A stretch of 63,449 bases of DNA, counting the filler, from Octopus bimaculoides (Eukaryota): the NCBI RefSeq assembly GCF_001194135.2. It is 6 parts of 5 records of this genome, joined end to end, with 100 filler letters (N's around TTAATTAATTAA, not from the genome) between each part and the next. Parts side by side here need not be neighbours in the genome. Positions count along the whole stretch, not along the records: positions 1 to 24,218 come from NC_068987.1; positions 24,319 to 51,746 come from NC_068995.1; 4 more parts are not named here. One strand, given 5' to 3'. The translations under genes and the position numbers were made by a program. The notes beneath the pieces were generated by a model. That model saw only the letters and a program-made list of their open reading frames with translations, was not told the origin of the DNA and searched no databases. The stretch's first letter is position 1, and each line of letters starts with the position of its first letter. Positions 22,818 to 35,278 of this stretch are shown here, piece after piece.

Positions 22818-23379
22818 AACAACAAATAAGATGAGGACAAATGTCCGTCAAATGTAAATAATGGTACTTATTTTATCGACGTCAAAAAGATGAAAAACAG
22901 ACTTGACCTCGGCGAAATTCGAACTGTGAACGTAAAGACGAACGAAGTGTAGCTAAGCATTTTGTCCAGCGTGCTAACGATTCTGCTACCTCGCCGCTTT
23001 AATACTAATAATATTCCTTTCTACTTTTGGGCCGAAGAAGTTTCCTTCTAGCTGCTCTGCCAATGGAATGCCGCACAGAAATACTCAGACTCATTTGGAG
23101 TTGCTCTGCAGTATTAGCTGCCTTACAATGGCGATTATTTTGTCGAAGATACTTGTCAGAAGATCCATATCGACTTGGGCGCGATGCTGTTGATTCCTTT
23201 CTTTACCTTTATACAATCATTTTTTTTAATATGGCAAGAGGAATCTCAAGATTTTGTGAAATCTTACGCGTGTCAAATCCATCCTCAGGTTGACCCACAA
23301 TGCACCTTCTTTGAAAATCAGGCAATTCTTTTGTTTCTGGTGTTCGCAGCATGGCTAGTTGCCATAAACAATCAATATA

Positions 23380-23797
23380 CTGCAATCTGAAATCAAAAAC
23401 AATAATATATTAACAGGTTTGAAGCACAAGATAGTTTCCGCATGGGTGTCTATTAACTTTTGCGATGTCCGTGTATAAATATATGTATATAGACACCGAC
23501 ATCATTCCCGCTCTAAATAATGACACCCAATTTACACACATGCGCACCGGCCATATAGATATTTATACTCCCCAAACACGCGCAAACACAGGCCCTTACA
23601 TGCTTGCTACCAAGCATACACACACCTAGACACACATATACTAGCACCTACATATCCTCTTAGCATCCCTTACTGACTTTGACAGTGTTCCTCTCGTTTT
23701 TTTAAAATCTACCTTCGTCCTGCTTCTTTTCTCTTAAATATAATTTCAATTTTTTGTTTCTTCAAACACTCATATTCCTTACCACTTCTCTCTCTCG

Positions 23798-23876
<79 letters not shown>

Positions 23877-23990
23877 CTATGTTTCCTATTCATCTCCTTT
23901 TCTTTCAGAAGAAGTACTAAAAACCGAAACGTCAAAGACACGCCATTTTCCTTTCAAGCGTTATGCAATATCACCGTACTATGTTCTTTT
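23380..23990 (+). mobile_element. Probable 3' end of a second Penelope-like element
   Basis: Weak GIY-YIG-like C-terminal residue pattern (FEAQDSFRMGV), a CA/CT-rich UTR, then a hammerhead-like motif. The layout matches 1-720. Confidence 0.35.
23901..23938 (+). ncRNA. Degenerate type I hammerhead-like motif
   Basis: TCTTT CAGAAGA AGTACTAAAAACC GAAA CG T C AAAGA. Helix I TCTTT:AAAGA, the ACGT palindrome and the GUC site are present. The core has U4 to A and helix II is decayed. Confidence 0.4.
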
Positions 23991-24158
23991 CCATGTTGTT
24001 CTTTCCGTGTTATTCTACTGTTTTGCGACTTCCATTTTATATATGTGGGTATATGAGTGCATAAGTGTGCATATGTGTCGATGTATGTCTATAGATCTGT
24101 ATGTATATGTGCGTGTGTATGTACAAGCATATTTTTGTGTGTGTATATATATATATAT

Positions 24159-24218
<60 letters not shown>

Positions 24219-24318
24219 NNNNNNNNNNNNNNNNNNNNNNNNNNNNNNNNNNNNNNNNNNNNTTAATTAATTAANNNNNNNNNNNNNNNNNNNNNNNNNN
24301 NNNNNNNNNNNNNNNNNN
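24219..24318. other. Artificial 100-nt scaffolding spacer (44 N + TTAATTAATTAA + 44 N); also at 51791, 55893, 58475 and 60178
   Basis: The identical 12-mer, which has stops in all six frames, is centred in N runs five times. Confidence 0.95.
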
Positions 24319-24381
<63 letters not shown>

Positions 24382-26427
24382 TGAATTTCAAGTCTTCGCG
24401 AGCTAACACATTATCAAACTCAGCTGACTGTAACTTCGAAGCCACCTTCAATTCCATTCTCGTTAAATAACGATAAATTTGTGCCCTCCATAATGTATTA
24501 AGTTTCACTTCAATTTAATGCAAAATAGTTTTTATTATAGCATAAGAACACATGTTAATATATATGCCACAGAACCTCCGAAAACTAGACACCAATATCA
24601 AAGCATTGTCCAAGCCTAATTAGGTTAATTATGAAGAAAACCAAACAATACTAGAGTAAGCCAGCCCCACAAACTATGAATCCACAATTTCCACTTTACA
24701 AGAAGGAAGGACAACCCGGAACAATGAGACTAAGATATAAGAAATTCATAATTAAGCATAACAAACATGCATTCCCGTTGCCAGCTGCTCCAACGAATAT
24801 CTTTATGTTTTCGATACCTGAGCGGTAGTATTCTATCCGTGGTGTCCACAGCGTAAAAGATATAATCACTGTCTGGGAATCGACTAGTTCATTACTACAC
24901 ATAACAACAATAAAAGTAAACGAACAATGATAACTTATAGTTATAAAATAGTATTCATAACAAAGAGCTAATTCCCAAAAGGACAGGAAGACAATTTAAC
25001 AAACATATACAAATAGATACCTTGCTTCTCAATCAACATCATACCACAAACATGATATCACACTCAAAAAGAAGTTTAATAACGATTAATGAAACAGTAC
25101 ATCTCGTAAACAACGTGCTCGAACTATGTGCAAGGAACAGGACAAGCTTAGATCAATGTCTATGTAGCAAGTACAATAATGCAAAATAGATTAGCCAAAT
25201 AAACTGTTTATCACAAGCAGAACAATACAATATTATATATATATATGTATATATAAATACATATATATATATACATACATATATATGTATTTGTATGTAT
25301 ANNNNNNNNNNNNNNNNNNNNNNNNNNNNNNNNNNNNNNNNNNNNNNNNNNNNNNNNNNNNNNNNNNNNNNNNNNNNNNNNNNNNNNNNNNNNNNNNNNN
25401 NNNNNNNNNNNNNNNNNNNNNNNNNNNNNNNNNNNNNNNNNNNNNNNNNNNNNNNNNNNNNNNNNNNNNNNNNNNNNNNNNNNNNNNNNNNNNNNNNNNN
25501 NNNNNNNNNNNNNNNNNNNNNNNNNNNNNNNNNNNNNNNNNNNNNNNNNNNNNNNNNNNNNNNNATATATATATATATATAGGATAGAAAAATAGTGATG
25601 GAGAAATTTTGAATTATCGGTTAAAAACCTAACTTGTCCATAATGCACTCGATACATGCTAGAATATAGAAATTAACAGTTATTTTTACTTGAAAATTGT
25701 CTATGCAAAGGACCAGTAGTTCCAACTCTCTCTTACGCTCTTAAACCCTGATGATCTCAGAGGGATCTTTAATCCTGAACTAAACCATAATCATTTAAAT
25801 ATAAATCTGCTCGATCAAGGATTTCCTGGAATGAACTAACCCAAAAGAACTAAAGGAAACTGAAAACAAGGCAAAATATTATATATGAAACGTTGACAAG
25901 GACATGTATAAAACAATAGTATAACTTTAGTTAGGTGCTATAAATATCCATAGGTCAACGAAATGCTGCTAGGTAATTAATCAAGGATAAAAACCGGGAT
26001 TAAGAAAAGACAGACACGTGAATGTCAAAATACAATGGTATAAACAAAGAAAATATCAGATGAACGATTGCAATAGCCAAAAAAGAAAATGTATGAATAC
26101 AAATTAATGTAGCTCTTTCAACAAAGAAACCACCACGTGGACTATTGACTGGTTCGTTATTATATCTGTGAAATCGCTCTAAAAGCTACCCTAACAAAGA
26201 CAATGTCACGTTAGATGATGTAGCCGTGGATACTTCTAAAATGATGTGACGACGGTTGCAATACCTTTGATCTTAAGTCTGTTTAGTCATCCTTGAACTA
26301 AACAGTGATGCTTGAAGCTAAACAAGAGCATCAACGAATTACAGTTTTTCAGGTGTAAGGAAGACGAGATAAAAGCAGAAATCACATAGCGTAAATTCAG
26401 AATAAAATATCTCTAAATATTCCAAGC

Positions 26428-26465
<38 letters not shown>

Positions 26466-28979
26466 NNNNNNNNNNNNNNNNNNNNNNNNNNNNNNNNNNN
26501 NNNNNNNNNNNNNNNNNNNNNNNNNNNNNNNNNNNNNNNNNNNNNNNNNNNNNNNNNNNNNNNNNNNNNNNNNNNNNNNNNNNNNNNNNNNNNNNNNNNN
26601 NNNNNNNNNNNNNNNNNNNNNNNNNNNNNNNNNNNNNNNNNNNNNNNNNNNNNNNNNNNNNNNNNNNNNNNNNNNNNNNNNNNNNNNNNNNNNNNNNNNN
26701 NNNNNNNNNNNNNNNNNNNNNNNNNNNNNNNNNNNNNNNNNNNNNNNNNNNNNNNNNNNNNNNNNNNNNNNNNNNNNNNNNNNNNNNNNNNNNNNNNNNN
26801 NNNNNNNNNNNNNNNNNNNNNNNNNNNNNNNNNNNNNNNNNNNNNNNNNNNNNNNNNNNNNNNNNNNNNNNNNNNNNNNNNNNNNNNNNNNNNNNNNNNN
26901 NNNNNNNNNNNNNNNNNNNNNNNNNNNNNNNNNNNNNNNNNNNNNNNNNNNNNNNNNNNNNNNNNNNNNNNNNNNNNNNNNNNNNNNNNNNNNNNNNNNN
27001 NNNNNNNNNNNNNNNNNNNNNNNNNNNNNNNNNNNNNNNNNNNNNNNNNNNNNNNNNNNNNNNNNNNNNNNNNNNNNNNNNNNNNNNNNNNNNNNNNNNN
27101 NNNNNNNNNNNNNNNNNNNNNNNNNNNNNNNNNNNNNNNNNNNNNNNNNNNNNNNNNNNNNNNNNNNNNNNNNNNNNNNNNNNNNNNNNNNNNNNNNNNN
27201 NNNNNNNNNNNNNNNNNNNNNNNNNNNNNNNNNNNNNNNNNNNNNNNNNNNNNNNNNNNNNNNNNNNNNNNNNNNNNNNNNNNNNNNNNNNNNNNNNNNN
27301 NNNNNNNNNNNNNNNNNNNNNNNNNNNNNNNNNNNNNNNNTCTCATTTCGTCTAAACAATCCCTAACAACATTCTTCTTAATCGTAGATTTCTGAAGTAA
27401 GAAAATAGAAAGAATAAGAAAAAGAAAAAGAAAAAGAAACAAACAATCAAAAAAGACAATTTTAAATCCCCAAACACAGAATTTAATACTGTGATATGAA
27501 AAAGTGGATATATGATTTGAACAAAGGCTATTTATGTCTTACAGAGATACGCCGCTGTTTAACAAAAATGACAAGAAAATAGGAATACATGTACTCTGAA
27601 AATTAGAAAATACATTCTAAGTAACACTTTGGGTAATATATGTATGTATGTATGTATGTATGTATACACACACAAACACGCACATATATAGAAAGAGTGA
27701 GAAAGTTATAGAGCCGCACATACATGCACATTGACACATATATAATCATATAGTGTGATTTAGATTTGAATTACGATGGTCGACTGAAAAGTTCATTGAT
27801 TGATCAAGATACTCTCGTGGGAATTCCATGGTGGTGGTAGTGTTGTAGGATGTGTGGTTTGGTATTGGCTGTTATTGCTCGTACGAATTGTGTGACTTGT
27901 CCAAGGTAAATGGGTGAAGTTACAGTCACTGCGTATGCATAATCTCTCACATTGAGAATAGCTGCATCATTTGGTATTTTTATGTGTTCATAATTTTACT
28001 TCATTTACATTTGGCAGATTTATCATGGAGTTGTCAGATATAGATTTAGATTGAAGTGGAGAGTGGGAGAAGAAAGGGGTGATTCTTCACTAACTGGGGT
28101 AGCAGTAGAATAGGATGACAATGGTGATGATACACCTGTTGTGTTATGCTGAGAAAACTTTCAGTGGCCTGACTGAGGAGAGAAGCTAGGCTCTATGTTG
28201 TTTAATAGGTCATCAATTGTTCTAGTATTGAAGTGTGACTTCCAATGATGATCTTGTTGTTAGCAGCAGTAGAACATGATAACAGGTATGGTATTTTGAG
28301 GAAATGAAGAAGTGGATAGCTGAACTGTGAAGGGCTTTTCATTGTGGAGTTTCATAATTCATCAACAGTGCTAGTATTAGGGAGTGGCTGTTGTTGTATT
28401 GTTGTTATGTGTGTGTGTGCGTGCGTGTGTGTGTGTGTGTGCGTGCGTGTGTGTGTGCGCGCATGTGTGTGTGTGCGTGTGTGAGTGTGTGTGCGTAAAT
28501 TTAATCTTAAGGCGGAGGATGCTTTATTTCATTAATATTTCTATCTAGGTATTTTGAGTGGTTTTCTTTTCATTTATTTTAGTTGTTTGTTCTTATTTTN
28601 NNNNNNNNNNNNNNNNNNNNNNNNNNNNNNNNNNNNNNNNNNNNNNNNNNNNNNNNNNNNNNNNNNNNNNNNNNNNNNNNNNNNNNNNNNNNNNNNNNNN
28701 NNNNNNNNNNNNNNNNNNNNNNNNNNNNNNNNNNNNNNNNNNNNNNNNNNNNNNNNNNNNNNNNNNNNNNNNNNNNNNNNNNNNNNNNNNNNNNNNNNNN
28801 NNNNNNNNNNNNNNNNNNNNNNNNNNNNNNNNNNNNNNNNNNNNNNNNNNNNNNNNNNNNNNNNNNNNNNNNNNNNNNNNNNNNNNNNNNNNNNNNNNNN
28901 NNNNNNNNNNNNNNNNNNNNNNNNNNNNNNNNNNNNNNNNNNNNNNNNNNNNNNNNNNNNNNNNNNNNNNNNNNNNNNN

Positions 28980-29014
<35 letters not shown>

Positions 29015-29039
29015 TGTGTGTGTCTCTTTGTGTCTGTAT

Positions 29040-29230
29040 TTGTCCCCCACCATCACTTGACACCCGATGCTGGTGTGTTTACGTCTCTGTAACGTAGCAG
29101 TTCAGCAAAACAGACCGAAAGAATAAGTATCAAGTATTACAAAAATAAGTACTGGTGTCGATTCGATCGACAAAAATCCTTCAGGGCGATGCCCCAGCAT
29201 GCCCGCAGTCTAATGAATGGAACAAATAAA
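29040..29230 (+). mobile_element. SINE family A tail
   Basis: cgatgctggtgtgtttacgtc...gaataagta...gcatgcccgcagtctaatga, following a (TA)n tract and a gap. Confidence 0.75.
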
Positions 29231-31249
29231 AGAAAAAAAGATAAAATGCAACAGATTCTGAGACGAAGTACTTGGCTTCCAGGGGAGCAGCGTTTTCGAT
29301 GTAGCACTGTATTTCGATAGAAATATAAATCTTTTTACCAAACTAACCTGAACTGCAGGGTAGACTCATGGGCAAGATCTCCTCAGGAAGGGTTATAAGT
29401 CAAACCAAGGGAATCGATGTCATTTTGCTACTTCATTTTGATTTATAACATTGAACTATATATTAGGGTAAACATTACAACAAGGCATCCTCTTGAAACG
29501 CAAAGAAAATAATAAAAGCAAGTCAGCAAGATCATCAATAGTAGAAATAGTTATTAAGGTGAAGAAGGTAGAAATAATGTAGAATTAAGACGTATCTGGT
29601 AATAGTTTGGGATTATTATAACCGAGCCCAATTCGAAGTGTCATTCATAACAGCAAAACGATGGATGGGATGAAATACAGTCTAGAAGTAAGCCCAGGCA
29701 GTGCGGAACTCGATCAACTTGATAACACCCAGGAATGTCAAAGATCCGTTTCATGAGATCTAACCACGAAGTATTTACAATATTTAACGATCAAATAAAA
29801 GAAGCAGAAACATCTAAATGACATTTCGAGGGTTAAGCAGCTTCCTAAGGTCTGCTTTATGATATACATTAATGAAATTATCACTAATTCAAAATGCTAA
29901 GTTGATAATTTTGTAAGTGATTAATCATTACCATATGTGAGCAAAAAAAAAAAAAAAGAAATCATTCGACATAAAAGGATTATAAAAATAATCTCATCTG
30001 CACTTATACCATCAACAAAACAAAAACAGAATGTAATTAATGTTCACCACTATTTCATATCAGCATTTCACACATCTCAGTGATTAATTCAATGACATTA
30101 TATATATATTAGCATGGGATCAAAGTATAGATTTTAAAATAGTTTCATCACCGTAAAGATATACTTATGCAAAATTGGTTTTGAGAAGAGTGGTGACACC
30201 ACCTTCCTGCATCATGAAGAAAGAGTGTCATCTCTAAATTGCAACAGTATTCTGATAAATATATGTACTAAATTTTTTAGATGGTTTAACCGTTGACTTT
30301 AAACAACTATCATCTAGCGTCTCCTAATGGGATAACTTAAGCACGCAATTTAAAAATACACTGTAGCAAATCTAAAATAATTTACTATAATTTCAAGTAG
30401 AAAATCGAACATGTTATGCACACTCGTACACATAGAGATACACTCGCGCGCACAAACTCACACATGCTCTCATACACACAATGCTATTCTCCATTATATA
30501 CAGGAGCATATATTTCACTACTTGCTTTTATCCGTATATGTGCATTGTAAATATGTTATAAATATTTATGATTTTGTATACGTATATCCGAAGTATACAA
30601 TTTGGTATTAATGCAAAATTAAATGCGTTACATATATGGTGTACTTAATTCCCTTAATTACTCAACTCGTCCATTAAGTCCTTAATGATTCGTTCATGAA
30701 TTACTCATCTAAACCATTAAGACCTTAATGATGCATCAATTACTCATCTAGACTATTAAGCCTATAATTACCCATTAACTATTCTTGTGTCAACAGCAGA
30801 AATAAGACCATTAACATAACTATCGCTCCGATCGTGTTATTAGTGTTCTATCAATTTATTGTTTGAAGGACTATATGTATTGTCCTCGTTTAAAAATATT
30901 TAAAGTTTCTATAATATATTTCCATGTAAATTACAATTTTCGAATTAAGGTCATGTTTAGTATTTTTTTTTTTTTTGTATATTTTAATTTCTTTTGCACA
31001 AAAGTATTGAACATATTAAGGCTAAATTTCAATTTATAGTTTCGATGAACCAATGTAATGAAATGTAATTATTAACAGATTTATTTAACCAGCATTTGAA
31101 CTTCTTATTCTGCTTTCATCCTTTTCGTTTATCGCGTTTTGTGCGTTTGAAAGACGATTAATTATCTATATCAGTAGAACTCTCCCCAATGCATGAAATG
31201 TTTATTTTTATGTTCAGGTTAGGAATGATGTTAGTACTTGGATGAGTTT

Positions 31250-31700
31250 GTGAAATTAACTTAGTTGATATCTATACCTATCTGCAGTCGGTCGTCGTCA
31301 TTATGACTGTTCATGGCTTTGGCATGACCTTATAAGCTTTCTCCATTTGTTTCCACTTTATGTTCCTTTTGTAATGTCTTTGAATCTCAGCCTGGGTCTT
31401 CTGTCGTTTCTTTTCCTCTTGCATAATTAGAAATAAAGTATTTGTCTGGAGAGTCTGTTGTTGTCCATCCTGTTTACGTGAGCCAACCAACGTAAATTTC
31501 TATTCATGAGTATTTCCATCGTAGGAGGCAGACCAGCACGCCGTAGGATCTCTACATTCCTTACCTTGTCAAAGAGAATAATATTAATAAATCGTCGTAA
31601 CTGTCTCATCATATATGCATGTAAATTGTCTACTTGAGCTTTATAGACTATCTAGGTTTCAACTCCAAACAGCAGGGAAGATATTTGTAAACGAGAAGCA
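31250..31700 (-). mobile_element. RTE-clade LINE 3' fragment
   Basis: MRQLRRFINI...KVRNVEILRRAGLP..LRWLAHVNRMDNNRLSRQILY is typical of the RTE RT C-terminal region. Confidence 0.85.
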
Positions 31701-32779
31701 AAATGAATAATATTCATCACATAAAGTAAAACCATTTCATTTGAAACTCCACTGCAGATGGTAGACATATTGGTCTATGGTGTTATCTCATACGAGAAAC
31801 TGCCAGATTGTGTAGATATTACCACATGAACAAGTTTACTTTTGAAATGATATTAGACACATATGATGTTTTATTCCGTTCATGGACTAGTGTGTTGAAC
31901 TTATAATGTCACGGACGAGGGTATATTGTGTTATAAGAGTCAAAGTACGAACCATCAAACGTTCATATCGACCTGGCTATCCGCAATAGAACGAAAAACG
32001 TACTATCTGTAATAGAACGAAATTATATCTTCAATTTGTACATAAAAACTAAGTCAGCATTATGGTGGACACCAAGAAGACATGTTATGAATATGAAATC
32101 AGTTTCTTGCTACCAAGAATTAACTTTTAACTGCACCGTCATAATATGCATTAAGACGTTTATTTCATTTCTTTTTGGAAAGCTCTTTTTTATACTGAAA
32201 GAGATTTTTAAATAAATTTTACTCTAAAAAAAAAACAAAACTACTTTTTAAAATGTTAATCAAGAAAAATCTTCAGATTTTTTCGTACTAAACGCGAAAA
32301 CATTATTGGCTGAATAATAAAATCAACAAAACTAACGGAAACGTGACTGGAAATACATTGCAGAGTATGAATATTTTAGTTAAAATTGACAGCATAAGCT
32401 TTCCTTTTTTTTTTGTTTAGTAATCTAAGATCTGTTGTATCGAATTTATATTTTACAAGTTGATCTAACATCTTCACGAAATCAATTACTTGTTAAACTT
32501 CTTAAGAAATAGGAAACGTGTTTATTTATGATTTTGCAGAGAGGATAGCTATTTCTTCTGATGGCGTTGTTTGTCATGTGGTTGTAGTTATGGTAATATT
32601 GATTCGTAACATGGTACATAGTTATGATAATATCAGTGCCGTTAATTGTGATGTAGTGATGTAATGGATGATGATTATGATGATGATGATGATACTATTG
32701 TCAAGACTCTTATTGATTTAGTTTTAAATGGTAGTCGGTATGTGAATTACATTATGAAGAAAACTAAAGGTCACAAGGC

Positions 32780-32814
<35 letters not shown>

Positions 32815-35198
32815 TTGAGAGAGAGAGAGAGAGAGAGACTGTCAGACAGAGGGAGAGAAGAGAGAAAGAGAGAAAGAGAAGCCAGAGGCGGAGAACGAGA
32901 GCGGGATAGAGAGAAAAAAGGAGAGAGGGCGATAGAGAGAGCTGGTGTGTACGGAAATACAGACACGTACCAAAAGACAAAATAATGAATTACGAAGAAT
33001 TAGTCCCAGTTAGAAAATAATACAGAGAAAATATTGAAATATATTGGAGATTGTCCGTTTCTATTTATCACAACTTTATTAATTCGTTAGCAATTGTGAA
33101 CGCTTTCATTTGCATTTTGTTTCAGATACTTTACAATAAAAACACGCAGTAGAAGCAAAATGTACTTTTAAATAGCGGATTATTTCCTAGCAATGTGTAA
33201 TGGAAAGCTGATTGAATAGTCAGATCACACAAAGGCTCCGTGACTACAGCCAACAACTATAAATGGTATTGATAATATAAGAACATTAACTACAATCATT
33301 TGCACTTGCAATGGACGTCACCAGGGATGAATTGAGTCGGTTTCTCCAGTGAATCTACAACAGCATGCCAACACCTCACCATCACAGACAACGGATCCAA
33401 AACTCATCTGACACTCGTGATGCCTAGTGGCGGGCATAGTGCATAGAAGTAGAGTCTTATTTAGCTTCCGACTGTAATTTCTAAAAATGTGGCCCGCAAC
33501 ATTCTTGATGTTTATTGTATTGAAGTAAGAGCATTTTGGACGCCTGAAGTATTTTTCTGTCATCACTGTTCCTTATAAAACTAAAATATTGTTTCTGCTT
33601 TTGCTGTGTGTAAGACGAACGTAAAAGAGAAATCTTTCATTGTTAAGATGATTTGTTTAAACCTAAAATTGATAACATGCTTCTTTAAACTATATCAGTA
33701 AATGTAAAATTAAAATGAATTTTATTTTTATTTTTGTTGCATTGCGTGTTTACTTTAATAGGAAATTCAAGAAAATTATTTTTGTATAATTCTTTGGCAA
33801 ACAGATTTTCTATTGCATGGAATTCTTTTATTTATCTAGGTCTAAACTTTTAAATGGAAGATGCCAAAATATATTAAGCTAAGCAAAGAATTGGAAGATG
33901 GCCAATGCATACATAATGTAAACAGTAATAAAATTCTTTTTAAAAGAAAACTAATTTACATATATTTCATTCCTTTTATTCTGTTTTGGATCAACTGAAT
34001 TATATCACTAGAAATGAAACTGTACTTTTATATTTCTAACAAATCTATTCTCAGGTATGTGTTTATATATCACTCAGAATGTGAATTACTGTATAAGATG
34101 AAAACGTACTTAAAATAAGTATTAAGCAAGACAAATCTGGTTGCACAAGCAAAGACACAAGAATATATTTCTCAAAAGCAGCCGAGATTAGGAACAATAT
34201 CCTATTATATAGGACATATATGCGAATTTTAAGGAGAAAAAAAAAAAACCGACAGACCGATTGTCTGCTAGCTATAGATATTTATTTATGCTTTCTTTTT
34301 TTAAGTATCAGTTGCTTTTTTCTGCTTTTTTACTAATAATTTCTAATAACATCGATATTAAGATATTAAGCATTAGTGAATAGTACACCGCCATTATTTG
34401 GAAGTTGAATATGCAACGTGAAGAAACCACTTAAGATTATCTTCAGGCTTGCCTTAGGCCGCATACACGGTAAACACGGATCTCCTCTGATGAAGTAAAA
34501 GGCAGAATATTTTATGAATTTATCTATGCGCTTTCTATAAACATTGCTTAAGGAAAACTGAGACAAGGAGAATCTTCAGTTACGAACAGGAAGCATACGA
34601 ATACATAACACACAGCACATATATTTTGCTCGAGCCATTTCGCTTAACTCATTTTGGTTTAAATATCTGTAAGCTATAGATGTTCTCCACTTACTTTACA
34701 TATCTTTAAGTTTTATGTATTCTACTGGCAAAGTAGGACAATTGTTGTGCTGTTAACGCTTACTGAGGCAGAAAAATGTATTTATTCCTAGTGTAATCAT
34801 CTTTGCTGTCACAATGCATGTCAATGGCAATTCTAATTTATCTTTCTGATATGTGCATGTGAGTGTGTTAGAGTATGCGCGTCTCTATGTATTTATCTAG
34901 CTACCAATGTATCAATCTCTGTGCTTCCCTATTTCTCTCACTCTCTCTCTCTTTCTTTTTCTCTTTCTATATACATATATATTTATACATATATATATAA
35001 ATTTTTGTGTGTATATGTATATATCTGTATATACACACACACACACATATATACTAGTTAATACACACGGAAGAGTGTTATAAGGTAGTAATAGTTTCAT
35101 GCATTGGAGATGCAGTCTAGGCAAGTGTTAATTAAACTTGCTCAAGCTGGCCAGTATTTCTAACTGCAATTTCGTTAAGAGAAATGGGTGCTAGATGT

Positions 35199-35278
<80 letters not shown>

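Larger units (their letters stand above)
22370..22862. mobile_element. Fold-back insertion of a tRNA-headed, (AAT)n- and hammerhead-containing SINE-like element
   Basis: The + copy has a tRNA-like T-arm/B-box gttcgattcc (22649-22658), (AAT)n, then a tail carrying the hammerhead. An inverted copy of the tail spans about 22370-22578. The insertion is flanked by the 11-bp direct repeat GGTACTTATTT. Confidence 0.7.
22285..23000 (-). mobile_element. SINE family B split by the 22370-22862 insertion
   Basis: The 3' part ends ...caactGGTACTTATTT (22369) and the 5' part resumes GGTACTTATTTtatcgac (22863-23000). Confidence 0.7.

Noticed and set aside
24263-24274. TTAATTAATTAA palindrome recurring five times (24263, 51791, 55893, 58475, 60178), superficially like a regulatory or recombination site
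   Set aside because: It is centred in N runs forming a 100-nt block (44 N + 12 + 44 N where counted), so it is an artificial scaffolding spacer.
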